Assembly: GCA_009914755.4 (NCBI GenBank)
Contig: CP086569.2
Location: forward strand, 25,056,001 to 25,120,000
Direction of reading: 5' to 3'
Origin: the human T2T-CHM13v2.0 reference genome, Homo sapiens
Length of the DNA: 64,000 bases
The translations under genes and the position numbers were made by a program. The notes beneath the pieces are model-generated. The model was given only the letters and a program-made list of their open reading frames with translations, was not told where the DNA came from and did no database searches. Positions 25,050 to 36,395 of the stretch are shown here, in pieces (positions within the stretch are counted from its first letter, which is position 1; each line of letters opens with the position of its first letter).

Positions 25050-27946
25050 GCATCAGCTGAAGCAGGGTGAGTCATCACCTCACCCAGGAATCACAAGGTG
25101 TTAGGGAATTCCGTTTCCTAGCCAAGGGAAGTTGTGACAGATAGCACCTGGAAAATTGGGTCACTCTCACCCTAATACTGTGCTTTTCCATTGGTCTTAG
25201 CAAAGAGCACACCAGGAGATTACATCTTGTGCCTGGCTTGGAGGGTCCCACACCTATGGAGCCTCACTCATTGCTAGCACAGCAGTCTGAAATCAAACTG
25301 CAAGGCAGCAGCGAGGCTGGGGGAAGGACACCCGCCATTACTGAGGCTTGAGTATGTAAACAAAGCAGCTGGGAAGCTCGAACTGTGTGGAAACCACCAC
25401 AGCTCAAGGAGGCCTGCCTGCTTCTGTATACATCACCTCTGAGGGCAGGGAATAGCTGAAAAAAAGGCAGCAGAAACTTAAATGTCCCTAACCGACAGCT
25501 TTGAGGAGAGTAGTGGTTCTCCCGGCACAGAGTTTGAGATCTGAGAATGGACAGACTGCCTCCTCAAGTGAATCCCTGACCCCTGAGTAGCCTCACAGGG
25601 AGGCATCCCCCAGTAGGGGGCAGATTGACACCTCACACGGCCAGGTACCCCTCTGAGATGAAACTTCCAGAGGAACGATCAGGCAGCAACATTTGCTGTT
25701 CAGCAATATTCACTGTACTGCAGCCTCCACTGCTGATAACCAGGAAAACAGAGTCTGGAGTGGGCCTCCAGCAAACTCCAACAGACCTGTAGCTGAGGAT
25801 CCTGACTGTTAGAAGGAAAACTAACAGAGAAAGGACATCTACACCAAAACCCCATTAGTATGTCACCATCAGCAAAGGCCAAAGGTAGATAAAAACCAAA
25901 AAGATGGGGAAAAAACAGAGCAGAGAAGCTGAAAATTTGAAAAATCGAGTGCCTCTCCCACTCCAAAGGAATGCAGCTCCTCATCAGCAATGGAACAAAG
26001 CTGGACGCAGAATGACTTTGATAAGATGAAAGAAGAAGGCTTCAGATGATCAAACTTCTCTGAGTTAAAGCAGGAAGCTTGAACCCATCGCAAAGAAGTT
26101 AAAAACCTTGAAAAAGTTTAGACAAAGAGCTAAGTAGAATAACAAGCATAGAGAATTCCTTAAATGATCTGATGGAGCTGAAAACCATGGCATGAGAACT
26201 ACATGATGAATGCACAAGCTTCAGTAGCTGATTCGATCAACTGGAAGAAAAGCTATCAGTGATTGAAGATAAAATGAGTGAAATGAAGTGAGAAGAGAAG
26301 TTTAGAGGAAAAAGAGAAAAAGAAATGAACAAAGCCTCCAAGAAATATGGGACTATGTGAAAAGAATAAATCTACATTTGATTGGTGTACATGAAAGTGG
26401 CGAGGAGAATGGAACCAAGTTGGAAAACACTTTGCAGGATATTATCCAGCAGAACTTCCCCAACCTAGCAAGGCACGCCAACATTCAAATTCGGGAAACA
26501 CAGAGAACACCACAAAGATAATCCTCAAGAAGAGCAACTCCAAGATTCATAATTGTGAGATTCACCAAAGTTGAAATGAAGGAAAAAATGTTAAGGGCAG
26601 CCAGAGAGAAGGTGGGGTTACCCACAAAGGGGGGCCCATCAGACTAACAGCAGATCTCTTGGCAGAAACTCTACAAGCCAGAAGAGAGTGGGGGTCAACA
26701 TTCAACATTCTTAAAGAAAAGAATTTTCAACCCAGAATTTCATATCCAGCCAAATTAATCTTCATAAGTGAAGGAGAAATACAATCCTTTACAGACAAGC
26801 AAATACTGAGAGATTTTGTCACCACAAGGCCTGCCCTACAAGAGCTCCTGAAGGAAGCATTAAACATGGAAAGGAACAACCAGTACCAGCCACTGTAAAA
26901 ACATGACAAATTGTAAAGACCATCGAGGCTAGGAAGAAACCACATCAACTAATGCGCAAAATAACCAGCTAACATCATAATGACAAGATCAAATTCACAT
27001 GTAACAATATTAACCTTAAATGTAAATGGGCTAAATACTCCAATTAAAAGACACAGACTGGCAAATTGGATAAAGAGTCAAGACCCATCAGTGTTCTGTA
27101 TTCATGAAACCCATCTCACATGCAGAGACACACGGATGTAGGAAGATCTACCAAGCAAATGGAAAACAAACAAACAAACACAGGGTATGGGTTGCAACCT
27201 TAGTCTCTGATAAAACAGACTTTAAACCAACAAAGATCAAAAGAGACAAAGAAGGCCATTACATAATCGTAAAGTGATCAATTCAACAAGAAGAGCTAAC
27301 TACACTAAATATAAATGCATCCAATACAAGAGCAGCCAGATTCATAAAGCAAGTCCTTAGAGACATACACAGAGACTTAGACTCCCACACAATAATAATG
27401 GGAGAATTTGAGACCCCACTGTCAACATTAGACAGATCAATGAGACAGAAAGTTAACAAGCATATCAAGGAATTGAACTCAGCTCTGTACCAAGCAGACC
27501 TAATAGACACCTACAGAAGTCTCCACCCCACATCAACATAATATACATTCTTCTCAGCACCACATCACACTTATTCCAAAATGGACCACATATTTGGAAG
27601 TAAAGCACTCCTCAGCAAATGTAAAAGAACGGATATTTTTACAAACTGTCTCTCAGACAACAGTGCAATCAATCTAGAACTCAGGATTAAGAAACTCACT
27701 CAAAACCACTCAACTGCATGGAAACTGAACAAACAGCTCCTGAATGACTATGGGGTACATAATAAAATGACGGCAGAAATAAAGATGTTCTTTGAAACTG
27801 ATGAGAACAAAGACACAACATACCAGAATCTCTGGGACACATTTAAAGCAGTGTGTAAAGGGAAATTTACAGCACTAAATGCCCACAAAGAAAGCAGAAA
27901 AGATCTACAATTGACACCCTAACATCACAATTAAAAGAAATAGAGA
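24905..27946 (+). mobile_element. L1PA-type L1 (copy A), 5' portion only: about 1-kb 5'UTR, disrupted ORF1 (about 25903-26898), inter-ORF region and first about 970 bp of ORF2 (26978-27946), abruptly 3'-truncated at the start of copy B
   Basis: 5' end tttcaagatggccgaataggaacagctccagtctacagctcccaacgtgaatga. ORF1 atggggaaaaaacagagcagagaagc at 25903, with C-terminus REWGSTFNILKEKNFQPRISYPAKLIFISEGEIQSFTDKQILRDFVTTRPALQELLKEALNMERNNQYQPL (26659..26898). ORF2 peptides at 27581..27922: [70 protein letters not shown]. Confidence 0.92.
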
Positions 27947-30900
27947 AGTGGAGTGGTTCCAAGATGGCAGAATAGGAAGAGCTCCAGTCTACAGCTCCAA
28001 GTGTGAGCGAATCAGAAGATGGGTGATTTCTGCATTTCCAACTGAGCTTTCAAGAGAGTAGTGGTTCTCCCAGCACAGAATTTGAGATCTGAGAACGGAC
28101 ACACTGCCTCCTGAAGTGGGTCCCTGACCCCGAGTAGCCTAACTGGGCGGCATCCCCCATAGGGGCAGACTGACACTTCACATGGTGGGGTACCCCTCTG
28201 AGACAAAACTTACAGAGGAATGATCAGGCAGCAACATTTGCTATTCAGCAGCATTCGCTGTTCTACAGCCTCTGCTGCTGATACGCAGGCAAACAGGGAA
28301 TGGAGTGGACCTCCAGCAAACTCCAACAGACCTGCAGCCGAGGATCCTGACTGTTAGCAGGAAAACTAACAAACAGGAGGGATATCCATACCAAAACCCA
28401 AATGTACATCACCATCATCAAAGAACAAAGGTAGATAAAACCAAAAAGATGGGGAAAAAACAGAGCAGAAAAACTGAAAATTCTAAAAATCAGAGCATCT
28501 CTCCTCCTCCAAAGGAATGCAGCTTGTCACCAGCAACGGAACAAAGCTGGATGGAGAATGACTCTGACAAGCTGAGAGAAGAAGGCTACAGACGATCAAT
28601 TTCTCTGAGCTAAAGGAGGAAGTTCCAACCCATCGCAAAGAAGTTAAAAACCCTGAAAAACGATTAGACAAATGGCTAACTAGAATAACCAATGCAGAGA
28701 AGTCCTTAAAGGACCTGATGGAGCGGAAAACCATGGCACAAGAACTACGTGACAAATGCACTAGCCTCAGTAGCCAATTCAATCATCTGGAAGAAAGGGT
28801 ACCAGTGGTTGAAGATAAAATGAATGAAATGAAGCAAGAAGAGAAATTAGAGAAATTCTTTTTATTAAGAAATGAAAAAAGCCTCCAAGAAATATGGCAC
28901 TATGTGAAAAGACCAAATCTATGTCTGATTGGTGTACCTGAAAGTGACAAGGAGAATGGAACCAAGTTAGAAAACACTGCAGGATATAATCCAGCAGAAC
29001 TTCCCCAACCTAGCAAGGCAGTACAACATTCAAATTCAGGAAATACAGAGAATGCCACAAAGATAATCCTCGAGAAGAGCAACTCCAACACACATAACTG
29101 TCACATTCACCAAAGTTGAAATGAAGGAAAACATGTTAAGGGAATCCAGAGAGAAGGGTCAGGTTACACACAAAGTGAAGCCCATCAGACTAACAGCAGA
29201 TTTCTTGGCAGAAACTCTACAAGCCAGAAGAGAATGGGGAACAATATTCAACATTCTTAAAGAAAATAATTTTCAACCCAGAATTTCGTATCCAAACCAA
29301 ACTAAGCTTCATAAGTGAAGGAGAAATAAAATCCTTTACAGACAAGCAAATGCTGAGAGATTTTGTCACCACCAGGTTCGTCCTACAAGAACTCCTGAAG
29401 GAAGCACTAAACATGGAAAGGAACAACCAGTACTAGCCATTGCAAAAACCTACCAAATTCTAAAGACCACTGATGCTAGGAATAAACTGCATCAACTAAC
29501 GCGCAAAATAACCAGCTAACATCATAATGACAGGATCAAATTCACACATAACAATATTAATGTTAAATGTAAATGGGCTAAATTCTCCCATTAAAAGATA
29601 GAGACTGGCAAATTGGATAAAGAGTCAAGAGCCATCAGTGTTCTGTATCCATGAAACCCATCTCATGTGCAGAGACACACATAGGCTCAAAATAAAGGGA
29701 TGGAGGAAGATATAACATGAAAATGGAAAACAAAAAAAGAAAAGCACAGGAGTTGCAATCCTAGCTTCTGATAAAACACATTTTAAACCAACAAAGATCA
29801 AAAGAGACAAAGAAGGCCATTACATAACGGTAAAGGGATCAATTCAACAAGAAGAGCTAACTATCCTAAATATATACATACCCAATACAGGAGCACTCAC
29901 ATTCATAAATCAAGTTCTCAGAGACATACAAAGAGACCTAGACTCCCACACAATAATAAATGAGAGACTTTAACACCCCATTGTCTACATTAGACAGATC
30001 AACGAGACAGAAAATCAACAAGGATATCCAGGAATTGAACTCAGCTCTGCACCAAGTGGACCTAATAGACATCTACAGAACTCTCCACACCAAATCAACA
30101 GAATATATGTTCTTCTCAGCACCACATTGCACTTATTCCAAAACTGACCACATATTTGGAAGTAAAACACTACTCAGCAAATGTGAAAGAACAGAATTAT
30201 AACAAACTGTCTCTCAGACCATAGTACAATCAAACTAGGACTCAGGATTAAGAAACTCACTTAAAGCCTCTCAACAACATGGAAACTGAACAACCTGCTC
30301 TTGAATGACTGCTTGGGTACATAACGAAATGAAGGGAGAAATAACGATGGCTTTGAAACCAACGAGAAAAACGACACAACATACCAAAATCTCTGGGACG
30401 CATTCAAAGCAGTGTGTAGAGGGAAATGTATAGCACTGAATTTCCACAAGAGAAAGCAGGAAACATCTACAATTGACACCCTAACATCACAATTAAAAGA
30501 ACTAGAGAAGCAAGAGCAAACACATTCAAAAGCTAGCAGAAGGCAAGAAATAACTAAGATCAGAGTACAACTGAAAGAGATAGAAACACAAAAAACCCTT
30601 CAAAGAATCAATGAATCCGGGAGCTGGTTTTTTGAAAAGATCAACAAAATTGATAGACTACTAGCAAGACTAATAAAGAAGAAAAGAGAGAAGAATCAAA
30701 TATACACAATAAAATATGATAAAGGGGATATCACCACCAATCCCACGGAAGTACAAACTACCATCAGAGAATACTATGAATACCTCTACACAAATAAATT
30801 AGAAAATCTGGAAGAAATGGATAAATTCTTTGACACATACACCCTCCCAAGACTAAACCAGGAAGAAATTGAATCTCTGAATAGACCAACAACAGGTTCT

Positions 30901-33597
30901 GATATTGAGGCAACAATTAATAGCTTACCAACCAAAAAAAGTACAGGACCAGACGGATTCACAGCCAAATTCTACCGGAGGTACAAAAAGGAGCTAGTAC
31001 CATTCCTTCTGAAATTGTTCCAATCAATAGAAAAAGAGGGAATCCTCTCTAACTCATTTTATGAGGCCAGCATCATACTGATACCAATGCCTGGCAAAGA
31101 CACCACAAAAAAAGAGAATTGTAGACCAATATCCCCGATGAACATCGAGGCAAAAATCCTCAATAAAATACTGACAAACTGAATCCAGCAGCACATCAAA
31201 AAGCTTATCCACCATGATCAAGTGGGCTTCATCCCTGGGATGCAAGGCTGGTTGAACATATGCAAATGAATAAATATAATCCAGCATATAAACAGAACCA
31301 AAGACAAAAACCACATGATTATCTCAATAGATGCAGAAAAGGCCTTTGACAAAATTCAACAGCTCTTCATGCTAAAAACTTTCAATAAATTAGGTATTGA
31401 TGGGATGGATCTCAAAATAATAAGAGCTATTTATGACAAACCCACAGCCAATATCATACTGAATGGGCAAAAACTGGAAGCATTCCCTTTGAAAACCGGC
31501 ACAAGACAGGCAAGCCTTCTCTCCCCACTCCTATTCAACATAGTGTTGGAAGTTCTGGCCAGGGCAATCAGGCAGGAGAAGGAAATAAAGGGTATTCAAT
31601 TAGGAAAAGAGGAAGTCAAATTGTCCCAGTTTGCAGATGACATGATTGTATATCTAGAAAACTACATCATCTTAGCCCAAAATCTCCTTAAGCTGATAAG
31701 CAACTTCAGCAAAGTCTCAAGATACAAAAGCAATGTGCAAAAATCACAAGCGTTCTTAGACACCAATAACAGACCGAGAGCCAAATCATGAGTGAATTCC
31801 CATTCACAATTGCTTCAAACAGAATAAAGTACCTAGGAATCCAACTTATAAGAGATGTGAAGGAACTCTTCAAGGAGAACTACAAACCACTGCTCAACAA
31901 AATAAAAGAGGATACAAGCAAATGGAAGAACATTCCATGCTCATGGATAGGAAGAATCAATATCGTGAAAATGGCCATATTGGCCAAGGTAATTTATAGA
32001 TTCAATGCCATCCCCATCAGGTATCAATGACTTTCTTAACAGATTTAGAAAAAACTACTTTAAAGTTCATATGGAACCAAAAAGAAGCCTGCATTGCCAA
32101 GTCAATCCTAAGCCAAAAGAACAAAGTTGGAGGCATCATGCTACCTGACTTCAAACTACACTACAAGGCTACAGTAAACAAAACAGTATAGCACTGGTAC
32201 CAAAATAGTATAGTACTGGTACCAAAACAGATATACAGACCAATGGAACAGAACAGAGTCCTCAGAAATAATACCACACACCCACAACCATCTGATCTTT
32301 GACAAACCTGACAAAAACAAAAAATGGGGAAAAGATTCCCTAGTTTATAAATGGTGCTAGGAAAACTGGCTAGCCATATGTAGAAAGCTGAAACTGGATC
32401 CCTTCCTTACACCTTATACAAAAATTAATTCAAGATGGATTAAAGACTTAAATGTTAGATCTAAAACCATAAAAACCCTAGAAGAAAACCTAGGCAATAC
32501 CACTCAGGACATGGGCATGTCTAAACACCAAAAGCAATGGCAACAAACGCCATAAGTGACAAATGGGATCTAATTAAAGAGCTTCTGCACAGCAAAAGAA
32601 ACTACCATCATAGTGAACAGGCAAACTACAGAAGGGGAGAAAATGTTTGCAATCTACTCATCTGACACAGGGCTAATATCCAGAATCTACAAAGAACACA
32701 AAGAAATTTACAAGAAAAAAAACAAACAACCCCATCAAAATTGGTCAAAGGATATGAACAGACATTTCTCAGAAGAAGACATTTATACAGCCAACATACA
32801 CATGAAAAAATGCTCATCATCACTGGCCATCAGAAAAATGCAAAATGAAACCACAATGAGATAATATCTCACACCAGTTGGAATGGCAATCATTAAAAAG
32901 TCAGGAAACAACTGGTGCTGGAGAGGATGTGGAGATATAGGAATACTTTTACACTGCTGGTGGGACTGTAAGCTGGTCCAACCATTGTGGAAGACGGTGT
33001 GGTGATTCCTCAAGGATCTAGAACTAGAAATACCATTTGACCCAGCCATCCTATTACTAGATATACACCCAGAGGTTTGTAAATCATGCTGCTATAAAGA
33101 CACATGCAACATATGTTTATTGAGGCACTATACGCAATAGCAAAGACTTGGAACCAACCTAAATGTCCATCAATGATAGACTGGAATAAGAAAATGTGGC
33201 ACATATACACTATGGAATACTATTCAGCCATAAAAAAGGATGAATTCATGTCCTTTGTAGGGACATGGATGAAGCCAGAAACCATCCTTCTCAGCAAACT
33301 GTCACAAGGACAAAAAACCAAATACCACATGTTCTCACTAATAGGTGGGAATTGAACAATGAGAACACTGGGACACAGGGAAGGGAACATCACACACTGA
33401 AGCCTGTCGTGTGGTGGCGGGAGGGGGAAGGATAGCATCAGGAGATATACCTAGTGTAAATGATGAGTTAATGAGTTCAGCACACCAACATGGCATGTGT
33501 ATACATATGTAACAAATCTGCACTTTGTGAACTTGTTCCCTAGAACCTAAATTATAACCAAAAAATCATAAAATAAAGTAGAAGATACATAAAAAAT
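27947..33597 (+). mobile_element. L1PA-type L1 (copy B), essentially full-length but with an internal deletion of about 500 bp in the 5'UTR: 5'UTR 27947-28448, ORF1 about 28449-29436 (disrupted), ORF2 about 29519-33360 (multiple frameshifts/stops), 3'UTR and A-rich tail to about 33597
   Basis: Canonical L1 5' start gtggagtggttccaagatggcagaataggaagagctccagtctacagctccaagtgtgagcg directly after copy A. ORF1: MGKKQSRKTENSKNQSISPPPKECSLSPATEQSWMEND.. (28305..28613) and ..LQEIWHYVKRPNLCLIGVPESDKENGTKLENT.. (28718..29119). ORF2 pieces 30412..31182 (..[33 protein letters not shown]..), 31315..31791 (reverse-transcriptase motifs ..[11 protein letters not shown]..), 33104..33355 (..KCPSMIDWNKKMWHIYTMEYYSAIKKDEFMSFVGTWMKPETILLSKLSQGQKTKYHMFSLIGGN). 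3'UTR ends ..gcatgtgtatacatatgtaacaaatctgcactttgtgaacttgttccctagaacctaaattataaccaaaaaatcataaaataaag. Confidence 0.93.
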
Positions 33598-33837
33598 GTT
33601 CAAAACTGAACAGGAAGTACATTACCTTTTATTTTGCCAAACCAATTTCTGGAAAGAAAACAGAAAGCGAAGACTCATAGCCACATCTTTGTTGGTGATC
33701 GGCCACTAAAGAGTTAGAGGCTTTTAGTAAGAGGGAGTTCCCTTGCATTGAAATGGACTGAAGCTACTATTCTCCATTCAATACAAGGTGCATCAACTCA
33801 TGAATTAGCTGGTTTTGAATTTGTGTCTTGCAAGGGA

Positions 33838-33960
33838 GGAAGGAAGAAAGAAAGGAAAAAAAAAAGAAAGAAAAGAAGGAAGGAAGAAAGAAGGGAGGAA
33901 GGGAGAAAGAGGAAAGGAGAAAGGAAGAAAGGAAGGAGAAAGAAGGAAGGAAGGAAGTCA
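33838..33960 (+). repeat. (GGAA)n/(GAAA)n-type purine-only microsatellite, about 120 bp homopurine tract
   Basis: ggaaggaagaaagaaaggaaaaaaaaaagaaagaaaagaaggaaggaagaaagaagggaggaagggagaaagaggaaaggagaaaggaagaaaggaaggagaaagaaggaaggaaggaag followed by (tcag)3. Confidence 0.95.
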
Positions 33961-35044
33961 GTCAGTCAGTTAAGGTAAAAAAAAATCAGTAGGATTTTCT
34001 CAGTAGAGATATACACAGATGTGTTACATTCATTGGAAATCTTCCTTTTATTTCCATAATGTTTCTAGATCCACATCCAGAAGTTAGGAAACTTCCCCTG
34101 CAAAACTCTTACCCCATAGACAAGAAGGCCAGTGTGTTCTAGAAAAATGTTTCTTTCCTCAGCTTCCAAGTGAAACTGATGGTTAGCCAGACCCATTTGC
34201 AGACTCTTAACTTCCCTAGAAGGTGATTTCAGAAGCTTACGCTTGAGATACAAAGTATGAGGAAAAATTCTGCCAGTTCATCACACTTCTGTGGACTGTT
34301 GGAAAATATAACCAAAATATTCGACAGCAAGGGACTGTTTGTATGTTACAAAAATATCCAAAGATAAGTCTCTTACCTCTAAAAATGAGGATTTCAAGAA
34401 AATTCTAAGGAAACAGAGAAATGCTCACACCATATAGTTTAAAATGTTTAAACACCATAAAATAGTTTAAACACCATAAGTTTAAAAATGACATATACAC
34501 TGGATATATCTACATATTTTAAAAGTAAAATATGCTTTTTAAATGCATATTGCAATAAAAATACGTTGAGCTAATCCTATTTCTAGCTGTTAATCAAAAT
34601 ATAAAGTATATCTACAGATATTTGCTGCTCAAGTTAAATATTCAGTCACATTACATAGTTTAAAGATGAAAATGTTCATTCCTCAAACTATTAAAACAGC
34701 ACACTAGTGTTTTCTACATGGTGTGAATGTCCCTCATCCAAATGTATTACTAACCCACTTGTTAGTTTAGGAATCTGTAAGCCAGATTTATAAAACAGGC
34801 CTAATTTTACTAAAATGTGTTCATTATATAAATGCTTTCGGCTATTTTATTGTTGGTTCAATTAATTATTTGAACATTCTCCTTTAGGTCGACTCAAATG
34901 CAACATTTTCTCAATAGTTTCAAAGAGACCGTAATATTTCAGGATAGACTTTTGAAACCCAAACATTGGATGAATTTAAATGTGAACTACTTTTTACAGG
35001 TTACACTTTTAAAAGTTATGGAGCAAATGAACGTACATCTGATA

Positions 35045-35150
35045 CTTGAGTGTACCCTGTACACCCCAATCCTTCAACATTCTGTGTAGCTTTCTGTGCA
35101 GCTTATTTTGACTCAACACGTCAGACATGGGGAGAAAGGTGGACTAGAAG
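35045..35150 (-). pseudogene. OFD1: OFD1 exon-1-like pseudo-exon (start codons lost, donor GT retained at exon end)
   Basis: Reverse complement of 35045-35150 reads ..ctagtccacctttctccccATGTCTGACGTGTTGAGTCAAAATAAGCTGCACAGAAAGCTACACAGAATGTTGAAGGATTGGGGTGTACAGGGTACACTCAAGtatc. This translates as MSDVLSQNKLHRKLHRMLKDWGVQGTLK, versus OFD1 N-terminus ..[32 protein letters not shown], about 14/27 identical and colinear without indels. The upstream ATGATGGCC start is not conserved (..ccattttgtcttctagtcc). Confidence 0.7.
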
Positions 35151-35279
35151 ACAAAATGGTTACAGGTTACCTGGGGGATAGAGGAAAGGTGAACGACGGA
35201 AAAAAGATCACTGGTCTCTGGGGACACCCTGAGTGGCCTAGCAGGGAAAGGGGTATTAAGGACTATCAACAATACTTCA

Positions 35280-36160
35280 TTTCTACTTGTCCCCGATGAG
35301 GGGCAGTTGTGTATTCCTGAGTCATCAGGCGCCAGCTTCCTCCAGTCACTAGCTGCCTCCCAAGCCGCCTCACTGGCCCCGCTATGGGCCGAGTTGACTG
35401 CCCAGTCCAGGCTGCAAGGCCAAGATGAGGGGGAATCCCTGGCCTCAGAGACATGCCTCTGTCCCAGGTGAGGAGCAAGGGTGCTTAACACTCTCAATCT
35501 CACAGTCCCAAATAGGTTTTCTATCAAGCATGTGAGCCTCCTCTCTTCGTGGTTCTGAGGCATGGATGAGGACCGTGACCTAGGCACAATTCAAAGGCGC
35601 TTGGAGGGCTGGGACCCAAAGACTAGGGATGGAAAGCAGTGAGGCAGGACCGCGAGATTACAGCCCTCACACCCCATCCTGCCCCTCCTGGAGACCTACA
35701 AAGTACAGTCTTCCCGTCTGAAGAGACATGGTGCATGCACTTTGTTGCCTAGCACCCGACAGAAGCTCCACCCATATCTCGGGAGAGCACATCCAGGGTA
35801 TCCAAAGAACTGCCCCCGGGGAAATGTGGCTGAAGCAGTGGAGCGCGGGACTCCACAGCTGGACTTAGATTGTCTTTCCCTCGTCGGCCTCTCGCTGCAG
35901 GTAGGGGATGGAGTGAGTCGAAACAGGCGTTTTGAGTCCCTGTGGGACTTCACTGGCCCTGCGTGACTTCACTGGCCCTGCGTGATGGCGCAGGCTGGTG
36001 CCATATCTCCACTCCTCCCTGGGGTAGCCAGATCAGATCTGCCACGTCCTGACCGGCTCATCCATGCTCTAAGCACTTCCACCTGCAAGTGTCTGCCCTC
36101 TTTGGAGTCTGCTTTCGCGGTTGACAGTCGAACATTCACCTGACCCAGGGTTTCTTAATG
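35280..36160. promoter_or_regulatory. GC- and CpG-enriched patch (about 56% GC, 29 CpGs in about 880 bp, obs/exp about 0.4) in the position expected for the OFD1/TRAPPC2 bidirectional promoter; candidate decayed CpG island. Contains a possible first-exon donor (ctcgctgcag|gtaggggatg at about 35896-35905) and a 21-bp direct tandem duplication at 35944-35985.
   Basis: CpGs counted directly: ccgatg, ggcgcc, gccgcc, ccccgc, ggccgag, ttcgtg, accgtg, ggcgct, accgcgag, cccgtc, cccgac, ctcggg, ccccggg, gagcgcggg, tcgtcgg, ctcgct, gtcgaa, ggcgtt, gcgtga x2, ggcgca, cacgtc, accggc, ttcgcgg, gtcgaa. Surrounding sequence has about 1 CpG per 100+ bp. It lies between the OFD1-like exon 1 (minus) and the TRAPPC2-like exons (plus). 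Confidence 0.45.
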
Positions 36161-36395
36161 AAGCCACTGTTGCCTTTTGGAGCCAGCAGATGTTTTGGGG
36201 GCTGTCCTGGGCATTGTAGATTTAGCTGTGTCCTCGGTCTCTATTTTGTCAATAGCACCTTCTCCCCCAAGCGAGACAACCAAAAATGTCTCCAGACATT
36301 GTCAGATGTCCTCTTGGAAGCAAGATGTCTCAGAATTGAGATCCACAGAGCTAATTTTTTCTGAGTAGCCACCGTTGTGTGTTGTGAGGAAAGAT
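36160..36395 (+). repeat. Ancient mammalian interspersed repeat (unclassified by eye; the family carrying the recurrent gacaaccaaaaatgtctccagacattg motif)
   Basis: ttggagccagcagatgttttgggggctgtcctgggcattgtagatttagctgtgtcc...caagcgagacaaccaaaaatgtctccagacattgtcagatgtcctcttggaagcaagatgtctcagaattgagatccacagag. Confidence 0.5.

Noticed and set aside
34113-34215. Exon-sized minus-strand block with intact flanks (polypyrimidine-AG acceptor ..tcaccttctag| and |gtaaga donor) translating EVKSLQMGLANHQFHLEAEERNIFLEHTGLLVYG
   Set aside because: It lies where OFD1 exon 2 or 3 might be expected, but I could not convincingly align the peptide to the OFD1 sequence as I recall it. It is left unannotated pending TBLASTN.
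35144-35587. 147-aa minus-strand ORF inside the CpG-enriched patch
   Set aside because: No similarity to OFD1 or anything I recognise. GC-rich DNA yields long stop-free frames by chance. It overlaps the putative promoter rather than an exon.
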